From: Candidatus Latescibacterota bacterium
Lineage (GTDB): Bacteria > Latescibacterota > UBA2968 > GCA-2709665
DNA: 64,000 nucleotides
NCBI GenBank assembly: GCA_965222075.1
Contig: OZ244937.1
Span: forward strand, 4,224,001-4,288,000
Direction: 5' to 3'
Shown here: positions 20,189 through 29,445 of the stretch, piece after piece
How positions within the stretch are numbered: the stretch's first letter is position 1
Layout of the letters: every line of letters begins with the position of its first letter
Notes under the pieces: generated by a model
Database searches by the model: none
Told to the model about the DNA's origin: nothing
The model's input: the letters and a program-made list of their open reading frames with translations, nothing else
Position numbers and translations under genes: made by a program

Positions 20189-21313
20189 CTATACGCCTCC
20201 TGAAAACCGTTTGACTGCCTCCCGGTCGAGGTTGATGCCGAGGCCCGGGGCGGTGGGTATGGTGAGCATGCCGTCGTCGTTCAGTTTGAACGGCTCTGTC
20301 AGGATCGTTTCGATGTAGGGCGAGGGCGTGATGTATTCCACCCAGCGGGCGGTGGGGTTGGCCGCAGCCAGGTGGAGGTCGGCGGCCAGGCCCACGGCGG
20401 TATTCCAGCCATGGGTGACCAGGAGAACATTGTGGTCGCAGGCGGACCAGAGGATGCGCCGCACTTCGGAGATGCCTCCGACCTTGGTGGTGTCGGGCTG
20501 CACGATGTCGAGCGCGCCCCGCTCGATCCAGGGGATGAAGCTCTGCCGGCGGGTGAAGACCTCTCCAGACGCGATCAGAAGAGGCGCATGTTCTCTGAGC
20601 CGGGTGTAGCCTTCGATGTCGTCGGGGGGGAGCGCTTCTTCAAACCAGACAACATCGTGGTCGGCCAGCATGCGGGCGGTTTCGAGCGCCCACTTGTAGC
20701 CATGGGGCCAGAACTGCTCGCTGCCTCCGGCGTCGACCATGATCTCAACGTTGGGACCGACGGTTTCCCGGACCAGCCGGACCAGCCGCTCGTCGGTTTT
20801 CCGGTCGATGCGGCCGAAAGGTCCCCATCCGAGTTTGAAGGCCCGGAAGCCCCGTTCCACCGCCTTGAACAGGGTTTCCCGGAGGTCCTCCTCGGAGCGT
20901 TGGAAGAGGAGGGAGCCATAGGGTTTGATTTTTCCCCGGTAAGAGCCGCCCAGCAGCCGGCCGACCGGCTGTCCACAGGCTTTTCCGAGCAGGTCCCAGA
21001 GGGCGATGTCGATGCCGGATATGGCGTGAGTGACCGTGCCCCCCCTCCCCTGCCAGAAGGTCATCTGGTGGAGTTTTTCGGAGACGCGCTCTGGCTCCAG
21101 CGCAGACTCGCCGATCAGGTGGGGACGGAGGAGGCCGAGCGCGCCTTCGACAAGGGCCTGGCTGGTGAAGCAACTCCCCAGGCCGACCAGGCCCTCGTCG
21201 GTTTCGACTTCGACGAGGGTGTTCATGTTTTCGGAGGGGTCGGTGCCTTGCGACCAGCCGGTGTCGGGGGTTTCCCCGAAGAGGGGGATGGTGCGGATGT
21301 GGGTGATTTGCAT
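20189..21313 (-). CDS. Mandelate racemase/muconate lactonizing enzyme family (likely acid-sugar dehydratase)
   Basis: SGIDIALWDLLGK, FKLG, MVDAG, WFEE, GEV, QPD, PTAPGLG. Confidence 0.88.
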   Translation of the reverse strand: MQITHIRTIPLFGETPDTGWSQGTDPSENMNTLVEVETDEGLVGLGSCFTSQALVEGALGLLRPHLIGESALEPERVSEKLHQMTFWQGRGGTVTHAISGIDIALWDLLGKACGQPVGRLLGGSYRGKIKPYGSLLFQRSEEDLRETLFKAVERGFRAFKLGWGPFGRIDRKTDERLVRLVRETVGPNVEIMVDAGGSEQFWPHGYKWALETARMLADHDVVWFEEALPPDDIEGYTRLREHAPLLIASGEVFTRRQSFIPWIERGALDIVQPDTTKVGGISEVRRILWSACDHNVLLVTHGWNTAVGLAADLHLAAANPTARWVEYITPSPYIETILTEPFKLNDDGMLTIPTAPGLGINLDREAVKRFSGGV

Positions 21314-21391
21314 TGTAAATTCTCCTGGTAGAATACTGCCCGTTTAGTCGCTGATCGTGTCATCCGCCTGAATCCTGCCTCGGAGAGGAAG

Positions 21392-22165
21392 TCAGCTTGT
21401 CTTTATGTTTTTAAAGGGTGTCAGCAGCATCTTAAGGATGGTCTGTTCCTCTTTCAGTCCTTTGATTCCGTAGACGATGTCTTTCGGGTTTAGGACGATT
21501 CTGTAGGTTCTAAAGAGTCTGTCCCAGAGAGAGAGCAAGCTGGTGTAATTTGAATCGGTTTCAACCTTCAGGTCTGAATGGTGTACTTTGTGCATCAGAG
21601 GGGATGTCAAGAAGATTCGAAACCCTTTATCCAGTGTGTTTCCAATGGATATGTTGGCGTGGTGAAAAAGCACATTGGCCAAAAATACAGTTTCGTAAAC
21701 CAGAATGTAGTCCAGTTTCATTGCACATATGGCGTACAGACCACTTCGGATCAGGATGGTGATGATGTGCTCTCCGATGTGAAATCGGGATCCGGTTGTG
21801 ACGTCCATCTCAGTATCGGAATGGTGCATCCGGTGAAATCGCCACAAGAATGGAAGTTTGTGAAATAAGACATGCAGAATATAGGTTAAAGCGTCAATAA
21901 AGAGAATGGTCAGGATGAGTTCTACCTTCCAGTCCATGGATACCGTATTAAACAGGCCCCACGATGTGTCAGTTGAAAGGACGATGAGAGGGATTAGCAA
22001 CAGATTGGTGATGACCGCATTAAATGCGATGACACCGATGTTTCTAACGGCATGTAGAGATTTGTTTTTGAAGGTGTCAAAATAGGGGAACAGACATTCC
22101 AGTATGTAGAGAATCATCAGGAACAAAATCAGGATCAGGTCTTTCTCTGTTTTGGTTATAACCAT
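21392..22165 (-). CDS. Sterol desaturase / fatty acid hydroxylase family protein (low GC)
   Basis: His boxes HVLFH, HRMHHSD, FHHAN, HKVHHS; WDRLFRT. Confidence 0.88.
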   Translation of the reverse strand: MVITKTEKDLILILFLMILYILECLFPYFDTFKNKSLHAVRNIGVIAFNAVITNLLLIPLIVLSTDTSWGLFNTVSMDWKVELILTILFIDALTYILHVLFHKLPFLWRFHRMHHSDTEMDVTTGSRFHIGEHIITILIRSGLYAICAMKLDYILVYETVFLANVLFHHANISIGNTLDKGFRIFLTSPLMHKVHHSDLKVETDSNYTSLLSLWDRLFRTYRIVLNPKDIVYGIKGLKEEQTILKMLLTPFKNIKTS

Positions 22166-22228
22166 AGTGACAACCCGCGCTTTGCCCCGTTCCGTTCAAA
22201 GAACGGGGCATCCTGGCATCCTCTCATG

Positions 22229-22261
22229 AAAAAGCCGAAGCCTCAACTGAGGGCTTCGGCT
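22229..22261 (-). terminator. Intrinsic terminator of the SelW-like gene
   Basis: AGCCGAAGCC-loop-GGCTTCGGCT hairpin followed by a U5 run on the minus strand. Confidence 0.75.
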
Positions 22262-22284
22262 GTCTGCGCGCCATTCTTTCGACT

Positions 22285-22518
22285 TCAGAGCCGCTTCTGG
22301 ATGTACGGCTGGATCTCGTCGTATTCCGGGAACCTCCCTTCCTGGACCTTGGAGAAGACGAGGTCGCCGTCGATGCTGAATTCAAACCGCCCCTTGTCGG
22401 AGGGGACGAGGGTGAGGGATTCGATGTCCTGTTTGAACGCTTTCAAAATCGTGTCCGTCATACTGACGGCCTGGGGTTCATAGCCTCAAGCCGCGCAATA
22501 GATGAGTTCGAGTTTCAT
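22285..22518 (-). CDS. SelT/SelW/SelH (Rdx) family selenoprotein, CxxU
   Basis: Manual translation MKLELIYCAA(U)GYEPQAVSMTDTILKAFKQDIESLTLVPSDKGRFEFSIDGDLVFSKVQEGRFPEYDEIQPYIQKRL; in-frame TGA at 22486-22488; AGGAGG RBS; absent from the ORF track. Confidence 0.88.
22451..22470 (-). promoter_or_regulatory. Putative bacterial SECIS hairpin
   Basis: CCGTCA-GTA-TGACGG stem-loop about 16 nt downstream of the Sec UGA. Confidence 0.6.
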
Positions 22519-22764
22519 CTCTCAATCCTCCTTCTGAAACAGTCGCTTTGGTTTTCCACCGGCAACACCGACGGATTCTAAGTTCCTAATATATCCGATC
22601 CAAGCTCGGTTGTCAAATCCTGTGGAGATCTCTGCTGTGAGGTGAGGAAGCGTCCAGCATATCCGGCCGGGATTCCGCTTGACGGAGGAGATGTGAGGCG
22701 TTAGATTGCCTTCTCTTAGAAAACGCTATTTCAAGTGAGAAAAAGGGGTATCAAAGGGTGGCGC

Positions 22765-22903
22765 CGTCTGCTAGGCCTGCGACGAATTGATCCGGCAGGG
22801 GATGTGCTACCGGGCTGGAGAACTGGTTGAGACGGTGGCCGGGAAGCCGTTGAGCCACCGCGCACTGATGGCGCATTTGCGGGCGAAGTACGGGCCGCTT
22901 TAA
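22765..22903 (+). pseudogene. C-terminal remnant of an M32 (Taq-type) carboxypeptidase
   Basis: 22790-22903 reads IRQGMCYRAGELVETVAGKPLSHRALMAHLRAKYGPL*, resembling the M32 C-terminus; the rest of the gene is absent. Confidence 0.6.
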
Positions 22904-22914
22904 GGAATTCAGGC

Positions 22915-23871
22915 ATGGGTTCGCTGCCGGTGATTCTGGATATGGACCCGGGGGTGGACGATGCGCTGGCGATGATGCTGGCGCTGGGGTCTCCGGAGAT
23001 AGAGGTGCTGGGGATCTCGACGGTGAACGGAAACGTCCCGCTGAGGGTGGGGACACAGAATGCGCTGCGGGTGCTGGGGCTGCTGGACCGGACCGATGCG
23101 CCGGTCTATCCGGGGGCGGACCGACCGCTTGTGCGCGATCCGGTCTACGCAACAGAGGTGCACGGCCCGGAGGGACTGGGAGAAGCCGTGCTGCCCGATC
23201 CGGATGTCCCGCCTGCGGGAGATGGGGTTGGGTTTCTGGTGGAGACGCTTTCGGCCCGCCCCGGGGAGGTGACGCTGATCGCGGTGGGGCCGCTGACGAA
23301 CTTAGCGCTGGCGGAGCAGCGGGTGCCGGGGGTGCTGTGTGAAGCGCGGCAGGTGATTGTGATGGGCGGGGCAATCAAAGAACCCGGGAATTCGACGCCG
23401 ACGGCGGAGTTCAATTTTTATGCCGATCCGGATGCGGCAGGGCAGGTGGTCCGGTCCGGGGCGCCGCTGACGCTGATGACGCTGGATGTGACGCGCCGGG
23501 TGGGCCTGGACGTTGAAGGGATTCAACATCGGGTGGCGCCGCTTGGAACACCAAAGGCGCGGTTTGTGGAGGCCGCGGTTCAATCGGCAATCGCCTATAC
23601 CAAACGGGTCTACGGGTACGCAGGCATCTACCTGCACGATCCCTTAGCCGTGGGACTGGCAATTGACCCGTCGCTTTTCAAGCTGGCGCCTGTTTTTTTA
23701 GAGGTGGAGACGGAGGGTCGGTTGACGGCGGGGCAGGCCGTGGCCGACCGGAGGCCGTTCCTGAAAGATGCGAATCGGAAGGGGCACCGGGTGATGTGTG
23801 CGGTTGAGGTGGAGGCGGAGCGGTTTTTGGAGTGGTTTCTGGAACGGGCACTGGGAGAGGTCAGACATTGA
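22915..23871 (+). CDS. Inosine/uridine-preferring nucleoside hydrolase
   Basis: DMDPGVDDA, VNGN, HGPEGLG, GPLTNLA, AEFNFYADPDAA, LHDPLA. Confidence 0.92.
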   Translation: MGSLPVILDMDPGVDDALAMMLALGSPEIEVLGISTVNGNVPLRVGTQNALRVLGLLDRTDAPVYPGADRPLVRDPVYATEVHGPEGLGEAVLPDPDVPPAGDGVGFLVETLSARPGEVTLIAVGPLTNLALAEQRVPGVLCEARQVIVMGGAIKEPGNSTPTAEFNFYADPDAAGQVVRSGAPLTLMTLDVTRRVGLDVEGIQHRVAPLGTPKARFVEAAVQSAIAYTKRVYGYAGIYLHDPLAVGLAIDPSLFKLAPVFLEVETEGRLTAGQAVADRRPFLKDANRKGHRVMCAVEVEAERFLEWFLERALGEVRH

Positions 23872-24620
23872 AGGCAATTATTATTGGCGCGGGGCGGGGT
23901 GAGCGGCTGATGCCGCACACTGCGAACGCCCCGAAGTGTTTTGCAAAGGTGAAGGGACGGCGGATTCTGGACTGGGGGATCGAGGCGCTCCGGACAGGGG
24001 GGCTGATGGATGTCGTTTTTGTCGGGGGATACCGCATCGAGCAGATCCAGGCGGAATATCCGGAGTTTACGTTCTGTCACAATGCGGACTGGCAGAACAA
24101 CAACACCCTCGTCTCACTGATGCACGCTGAATTCCACATGGACGACGGATTTGTGTGCGCCTATTCGGATATCCTCTACCGTCCGGACATCCCCCATCGG
24201 CTGATGCAGAGCGCTCACGATATGACCCTGGTCTGCGATACGGCGTGGCGAACGCGCTACCAGAAGCGGACGGAGCACCCTGAGACGGACGCGGAGAAAG
24301 TTGCCGTGGAAGGGGGGCGCGTGGTTGCGATCAATCGGACGATGCCAAGTGAGGCGGCCCGGGATGAATACATCGGGGTTGCCCGGTTTACGCGGGAGGG
24401 GGCACGGATACTGCGGGATGCGTACCACCGAGCAAAGGCGAAGTACGATGGGCGCCCTTTCCAGGACGCCCCGGCGTTCCAGAAAGCATACCTGATCAAT
24501 CTGTTCCAGGAGATGATCGAGGAGGGGATACCGATGCACCCGATGGAAACCGAGGGGGGGTATATGGAGATCGATACGAACCAGGACTTTCAGGTTGCGC
24601 GAGAGGAGTGGTCGGTATGA
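23868..24620 (+). CDS. Phosphocholine cytidylyltransferase-like nucleotidyltransferase
   Basis: KAIIIGAGRGERL...PKC, YSDI, MEIDT; TTG start overlaps the upstream stop. Confidence 0.8.
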   Translation: MKAIIIGAGRGERLMPHTANAPKCFAKVKGRRILDWGIEALRTGGLMDVVFVGGYRIEQIQAEYPEFTFCHNADWQNNNTLVSLMHAEFHMDDGFVCAYSDILYRPDIPHRLMQSAHDMTLVCDTAWRTRYQKRTEHPETDAEKVAVEGGRVVAINRTMPSEAARDEYIGVARFTREGARILRDAYHRAKAKYDGRPFQDAPAFQKAYLINLFQEMIEEGIPMHPMETEGGYMEIDTNQDFQVAREEWSV

Positions 24621-25678
24621 GCAACAAGAGGCCTCTTTTTCCTGCGGGTGTGGTGGGAAGTATGCCCAGGCCACAGTTCGTGCGCGATCTGCTCGATCCC
24701 GAAAAGGAGGCGTCCGATCCGGAAGCGTTTGCGAAGCGGATGGACGCGGCGGTGGATTATATCGTGGCGTTGCAGGAGGCCGCCGGCTTGGATATTGTTT
24801 CGGACGGGGAGTACCGCCGCCGGTCTTATATCGGGATTATTGCGGATGTGGCGGACGGCTTCCTGCGTGAGCGGAAGGACGGGCTGTGGTGGCATACGGT
24901 GGTGGAGCCGATGCGGGTGGCTCGTCCGGGACTAGCCGCTGAGGAGGCGTGCTACCTGAAGGCGCGTACGGACCGGCAGATCAAGGTCTGCCTGCCTTCG
25001 GCCTACCTGCTGGGGCAGCGAATGTGGGACCCGGACCGGTCGCGGGAGGCGTATCCCACGCGCGAGGCATTTATGGAGGCGGTGGTTCCGATTTTGCGGG
25101 GAGAACTGGAGCTTTTGAGAGAGGCGGGCGCAGATATCGTGCAGTTCGACGATCCCCACCTCTGTCTGTTCGTGGATGAGGGGGTGCGCACCCAGTTTAA
25201 GAATCCGGATGGAGAGGTGGACCTGTGCGTGGACCTGTTCAACCAGATTGTGGACGGCATTGACGGGATCACCCGGGCGATTCACCTGTGCCGGCGGAAC
25301 AAGGGGCGCGCCGGGTGGGTGGGGGAGGGAGGCTACGAGCCGATTCTGCCGGCGCTCAAGCGGCTGCGCATGGATCAGTACGTGATGGAGTTTACGATTC
25401 CGGTATCGGGCGACCTGTCGGTGCTGAGGCAGCTGCCGGGCGACCGGCAGGTGGGTCTGGGGTGTGTGGACTGCCGGGGAGAGGTGGTCGATTCGGTGAA
25501 GGAGATTGTGGGGCGGGTGGAAGAGGCGCTGCAGTATCTGCGACCGGAGCAGGTTCTGCTAAACCCGGACTGTGGATTTGCGCCAGGGAATGCCGCGGAT
25601 ATTCCGATCGACGAGGCGTATGAGAAGCTGTGTAACGAGGCAGAGGCGGCTCAGATGTTGCGGGAGAAGTACGGGTAG
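24617..25678 (+). CDS. Cobalamin-independent methionine synthase II family protein (second paralog)
   Basis: VVGSMPRP, SDGEYRR, IHLCRRN, MEF, NPDCGF. Confidence 0.85.
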   Translation: MSNKRPLFPAGVVGSMPRPQFVRDLLDPEKEASDPEAFAKRMDAAVDYIVALQEAAGLDIVSDGEYRRRSYIGIIADVADGFLRERKDGLWWHTVVEPMRVARPGLAAEEACYLKARTDRQIKVCLPSAYLLGQRMWDPDRSREAYPTREAFMEAVVPILRGELELLREAGADIVQFDDPHLCLFVDEGVRTQFKNPDGEVDLCVDLFNQIVDGIDGITRAIHLCRRNKGRAGWVGEGGYEPILPALKRLRMDQYVMEFTIPVSGDLSVLRQLPGDRQVGLGCVDCRGEVVDSVKEIVGRVEEALQYLRPEQVLLNPDCGFAPGNAADIPIDEAYEKLCNEAEAAQMLREKYG

Positions 25679-25717
25679 GATAGACCATAAGATCAACAAA
25701 TAAGGATTAAGCTATAG

Positions 25718-26693
25718 ATGGAGCCCGTTTATACTGATCCCTCAGAAATTATTACTACTTGGCAGGAGACCGCTCAAGGCTTTCTTCAGCAGGCCACAAG
25801 GCAATTTGAACTGGCGTTACCCTTTGTTGAGGGAATAATTGAAGCGAAAAGAAAATTTGGAAGAGGCAGGGGAAGAATTGGAAAGCCTGTTAGATGCAGC
25901 AGAAAGTGATGATGAACTTTTTGAAATTCTCATAGCTGCTTCTGGATTTTCCGAAAAGGCCAAGAGTGCTATTGGCACTGATGAAACAAAGCAACTGTTG
26001 CGACAGCATATTATTGGAAGAAAGGGGGACCTGAGTAAAGAGGACTTAATAGAGACTATTTTGTACAGGTATGCTCTTACTTGCGGAGATCAACTCGGTG
26101 GCGTGAAACGCAATGATACCGGAAGGCAGGCTGAGATAAAACTCGGAGAATATCTCCTCAAGAAGATGCAAACGAAGTACAAAAGCGTGGGAGTAAGATA
26201 CTTGCAAAGGAGAAGGAATACGTTTGGAAATCTATCAGGCACAGATATACCCATTCTTCTTGAAAATGGACTGAGCGCAATACAATGGCCTCAAAGAGTT
26301 TTAGCCTTCAATATGAAATGTCCTTTTATAGGCACGAGAGGGAACAATATTGATATAATTCTCCTGGAGACTTCTGAGCAACTCTATACAAGAGGCCAGC
26401 TTGTAGGGTTGCTCAAAAGGAGAGAAAACTACATACTATGTGGCGAACTTAAAGGGGGTATTGATCCTGCCGGAGCAGATGAGCACTGGAAGACAGCAAG
26501 CAGGGCTTTAGATCGAATTGAAGAGAGCTTCCCGGACGACACTCCGAAACTGGTATTCGTAGGTGCTGCAATAGAGGCTACAATGGCTCATGAGATCATT
26601 GAGCGTTTAGAAAAAGGCAGATTAGCCGGGGTAGCCAATCTTTGTAAGCCAGAACAGATGGAAAGATTGGTGGATTGGTTAGTGGAACTCTAA
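25718..26693 (+). pseudogene. Type II restriction endonuclease, AvaI/BsoBI family, frameshifted
   Basis: GELKGGIDPAGADEHWKTA motif in ORF 25839-26693; N-terminus in ORF 25718-25909; removing one A from the A4 at 25847-25850 joins them (EAKENLEEA). Confidence 0.75.
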
Positions 26694-28189
26694 GTTTTTT
26701 CCCATACATAAACGCATTTTCTTAATTCCGCTCGTCCATATTTTCCCATCTGTTGGCTGCTGTTGCCTTTACCTGTTCCTAAAATCCAGATATTCCTGGT
26801 AGATAAACCGGCAGCTTCAGCGAAATCTGAGAGGATTAAATCAACCGGAACCTCCTCACCAGAGTATCTGACATTGTCGTTAACCATTACGATTTTTCCG
26901 CCTACTCTTAATACTCTGCTCATCTCAAATATCACCAGGGCCATCTCAAGAAAATAGTTCGCAACCATCCTGGGGATATTTGAGTTATTTAGCATGCCTT
27001 CTTTATTATAGACATTCAGCCAGTAAAGCACTTCTTGAAGAGCACTGTGACTGTTAAAAGTCCCAATAGCTTTTTCAAGAAAATCCTCTTTTTGTATTTT
27101 TTCATATTGAGCTCTTAACGAATCAATTTTATCTCTATTTTCAACGGTGCACGATAACATCTGTTGTCGTAACCGCTTTACTTCATCGTTAGTTTTATGC
27201 AGGAATATTAACTCAAGAGCATAAGTACGTGTGTAATCATAACGATTACAATACGGTGGAGAAGTCAAAATAAAATCAAAACTGTGATCTTTATGTTTAC
27301 AAAGTTTCTCTAGGCAAGATCCCTGGACAAGCTTTATCTCCTTTTTCTTTTTAGACCTCTTACTCTCAAAGAGGTCCATCTCATCATGGGTAAGATCCTT
27401 TAACATTGTCTCAAGCTGAAGTTGAAGAGCTTCTTTAAAGGAATAAATCTTGCCTTTGTTAAATTTCGTCTTTACTCGATTCTTTCCTGCTCGATAATCC
27501 CAACGGAGATACTGACCGTCTTTCCGTGTGTAACTGATATTTTCCAGGATACAGAACGCAGCAAAACGGAGAATGGTTCTTATATAAGGATTATTTATTT
27601 CGTCACTACAATATGCCAAATAACCGTTTAATTGTTCCTCCGTATCTTGAGGAAATGCACCTTCAGTAATCCCTATATGTTTGATTAGAGGTTTTCTTGG
27701 CCTAATCGTGGAAAAATCAATGTCACAAATAGATTTCATTGCTTTTTGAAATTCCGCTGGAAATTCCGCTGGATCTATTTTTTTTGTAGCCTGTCTTGCT
27801 TCGATTATAGCACACCCAACCGGCAGAAGCTCAATCCCCGTTGCTGCCCACCCAAGTTTCTGGGAAGCAAATAAAGCAGTTCCCGCTCCCGCAAATGGGT
27901 CTAGCAGTCTTCCTGGTTTCTTTGCTAATGTTTTGAGAATATAATGGACCATTTGGGCAGAAAAGCCTTCTTTGTATTTAAACCACCCATAGAAGGGGAT
28001 CGTTTTATTTGCTTGAAAGCTAACGAGGGTTCTTTTTAGTTGAGGATTGTGAGTGATCAGGCGCTCGTATTTCTTCTCCAGAAGGTCTCTGTGCTTTGTG
28101 TGTTTTTCACGGCTATTTTTCGTTTTGTTTTGGGTCTTTTGAAGGGCAAGAGCAGGTGGGTTTTGGACGATCAATTCAGGATTTGCCAT
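26690..28189 (-). CDS. Site-specific DNA methyltransferase (N4-cytosine type, M.AvaI/M.BsoBI-like)
   Basis: WFKYKEGFS, LDPFAGAGT (motif I), TSPPY (motif IV), KGNSSQQMG; low GC; convergent with the endonuclease. Confidence 0.88.
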   Translation of the reverse strand: MANPELIVQNPPALALQKTQNKTKNSREKHTKHRDLLEKKYERLITHNPQLKRTLVSFQANKTIPFYGWFKYKEGFSAQMVHYILKTLAKKPGRLLDPFAGAGTALFASQKLGWAATGIELLPVGCAIIEARQATKKIDPAEFPAEFQKAMKSICDIDFSTIRPRKPLIKHIGITEGAFPQDTEEQLNGYLAYCSDEINNPYIRTILRFAAFCILENISYTRKDGQYLRWDYRAGKNRVKTKFNKGKIYSFKEALQLQLETMLKDLTHDEMDLFESKRSKKKKEIKLVQGSCLEKLCKHKDHSFDFILTSPPYCNRYDYTRTYALELIFLHKTNDEVKRLRQQMLSCTVENRDKIDSLRAQYEKIQKEDFLEKAIGTFNSHSALQEVLYWLNVYNKEGMLNNSNIPRMVANYFLEMALVIFEMSRVLRVGGKIVMVNDNVRYSGEEVPVDLILSDFAEAAGLSTRNIWILGTGKGNSSQQMGKYGRAELRKCVYVWEKT

Positions 28190-28393
28190 ATCGAATTTTC
28201 TCCCCGTTATTCCTGACAAATTATGACAGGCTTATTTTTTATAATATACATATGTGCATCAATTAAGGCAAGGGAAATTTATGCAGCCATATTCAACGGG
28301 CAACGTTCGATTTAGAGACAAAAACAGTGGGGATGAAGGGGAGAATTTCAACCTGGAACTGGGTAGTGGCATGTGTATGGGGTGTAGCAGAAG

Positions 28394-29359
28394 TCAGGGA
28401 TTCTCCCGCAGGCGCAGGTAGTTCGCATAGCGCGCCGGGTCGATATTTCCCGCTTCGACGGCCTCCTTGACCGCACATCCCGGTTCGTGGATGTGCGAGC
28501 AGTCTCTGAACCGGCATTGGCCGATCAGATCCCGGAATTCTTTGAAGAGGGCCGGGACGTCTTTCGGTTCGATGTCCCAGAGGTAGAATTCACGGACGCC
28601 TGGGATGTCGCCCACCAATCCGCCGCCGGCGAGTTCGACAAGTTCCAGGTGGGTGGTGGTGTGCCGTCCCTCGCCGGTGGCCGGGCTGACCTCGGCGGTT
28701 CTGAGTTCGAGACCGGGCTGTAGCCAGTTGAGGAGGCTTGACTTTCCCACACCGGAGGGACCCATCAGGAGGGAGATACGATTTTGCAGCACGTCCTGGA
28801 ACGCCTCTTTGCCCATGTCGGCGGTCACGCTGGTATAGACGACGCGATATCCAATTCGTTCGTAGCCGGCCATGGCCTCACGGGCGGCAACCTCGTCTGT
28901 GAGGTCGATTTTGTTGAAGCAGATGACGGCAGGGACCTCCTCCCATTCGGCAATGGCCAGCATCCGGTCGAGGAGGTCCCACTCGGGAGGGGGGGCGGCT
29001 GCGGAGAAGATGGGGAGGGCCTGATCAACGTTGGCCGCCAGGATCTGCTCTTTCCGGGAACCGCCCGAGGCCCGGCGGGAGACCTTGTTGCGGCGAGGCA
29101 TCACTTCGCAGATCATGCCGGCTCCTCCCTCGCCCTCCTCAAAGCGCACCCGGTCTCCAATGGCAACGGGGTCCACCACCCGGACCCGGCGGACGGACTG
29201 TACGCGCCGTCGTCGGGAACCGGGACTGGCTTCGGGATACTGCAGCTGTTTCCGCAGTCGGGTGGAAAGGGCACAATCGGTGATGGTTGAGCCGGAGGCA
29301 ACGTAGTAATGGCCCAGATATTGTCGGATGACCGTGCCTTCCCCGATGGGGTTCTCCAT
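28394..29359 (-). CDS. rsgA: Ribosome small subunit-dependent GTPase A
   Basis: ANVD, NKID, GPSGVGKSSL, GRHTTT, CRFRDCSHIHEPGC. Confidence 0.95.
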   Translation of the reverse strand: MENPIGEGTVIRQYLGHYYVASGSTITDCALSTRLRKQLQYPEASPGSRRRRVQSVRRVRVVDPVAIGDRVRFEEGEGGAGMICEVMPRRNKVSRRASGGSRKEQILAANVDQALPIFSAAAPPPEWDLLDRMLAIAEWEEVPAVICFNKIDLTDEVAAREAMAGYERIGYRVVYTSVTADMGKEAFQDVLQNRISLLMGPSGVGKSSLLNWLQPGLELRTAEVSPATGEGRHTTTHLELVELAGGGLVGDIPGVREFYLWDIEPKDVPALFKEFRDLIGQCRFRDCSHIHEPGCAVKEAVEAGNIDPARYANYLRLRENP

Positions 29360-29368
29360 ACCTTCCTC

Positions 29369-29433
29369 AAATGGCAAACGGCAAATAGCAAACGCGTTTC
29401 TTGTCAGGTTTTACGTCTGCCGTTTGCCGTTTC
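29369..29433. repeat. 7-nt-period inverted tandem array
   Basis: AAATGGC AAACGGC AAATAGC AAACG, then the inverted GTCTGCC GTTTGCC GTTT. Confidence 0.7.
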
Positions 29434-29445
29434 AGGTGTTGATCC

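Noticed and set aside
27749-27773. 12-bp tandem duplication in the methylase (PAEF PAEF)
   Set aside because: In-frame two-copy duplication in a variable region; no evidence of phase variation
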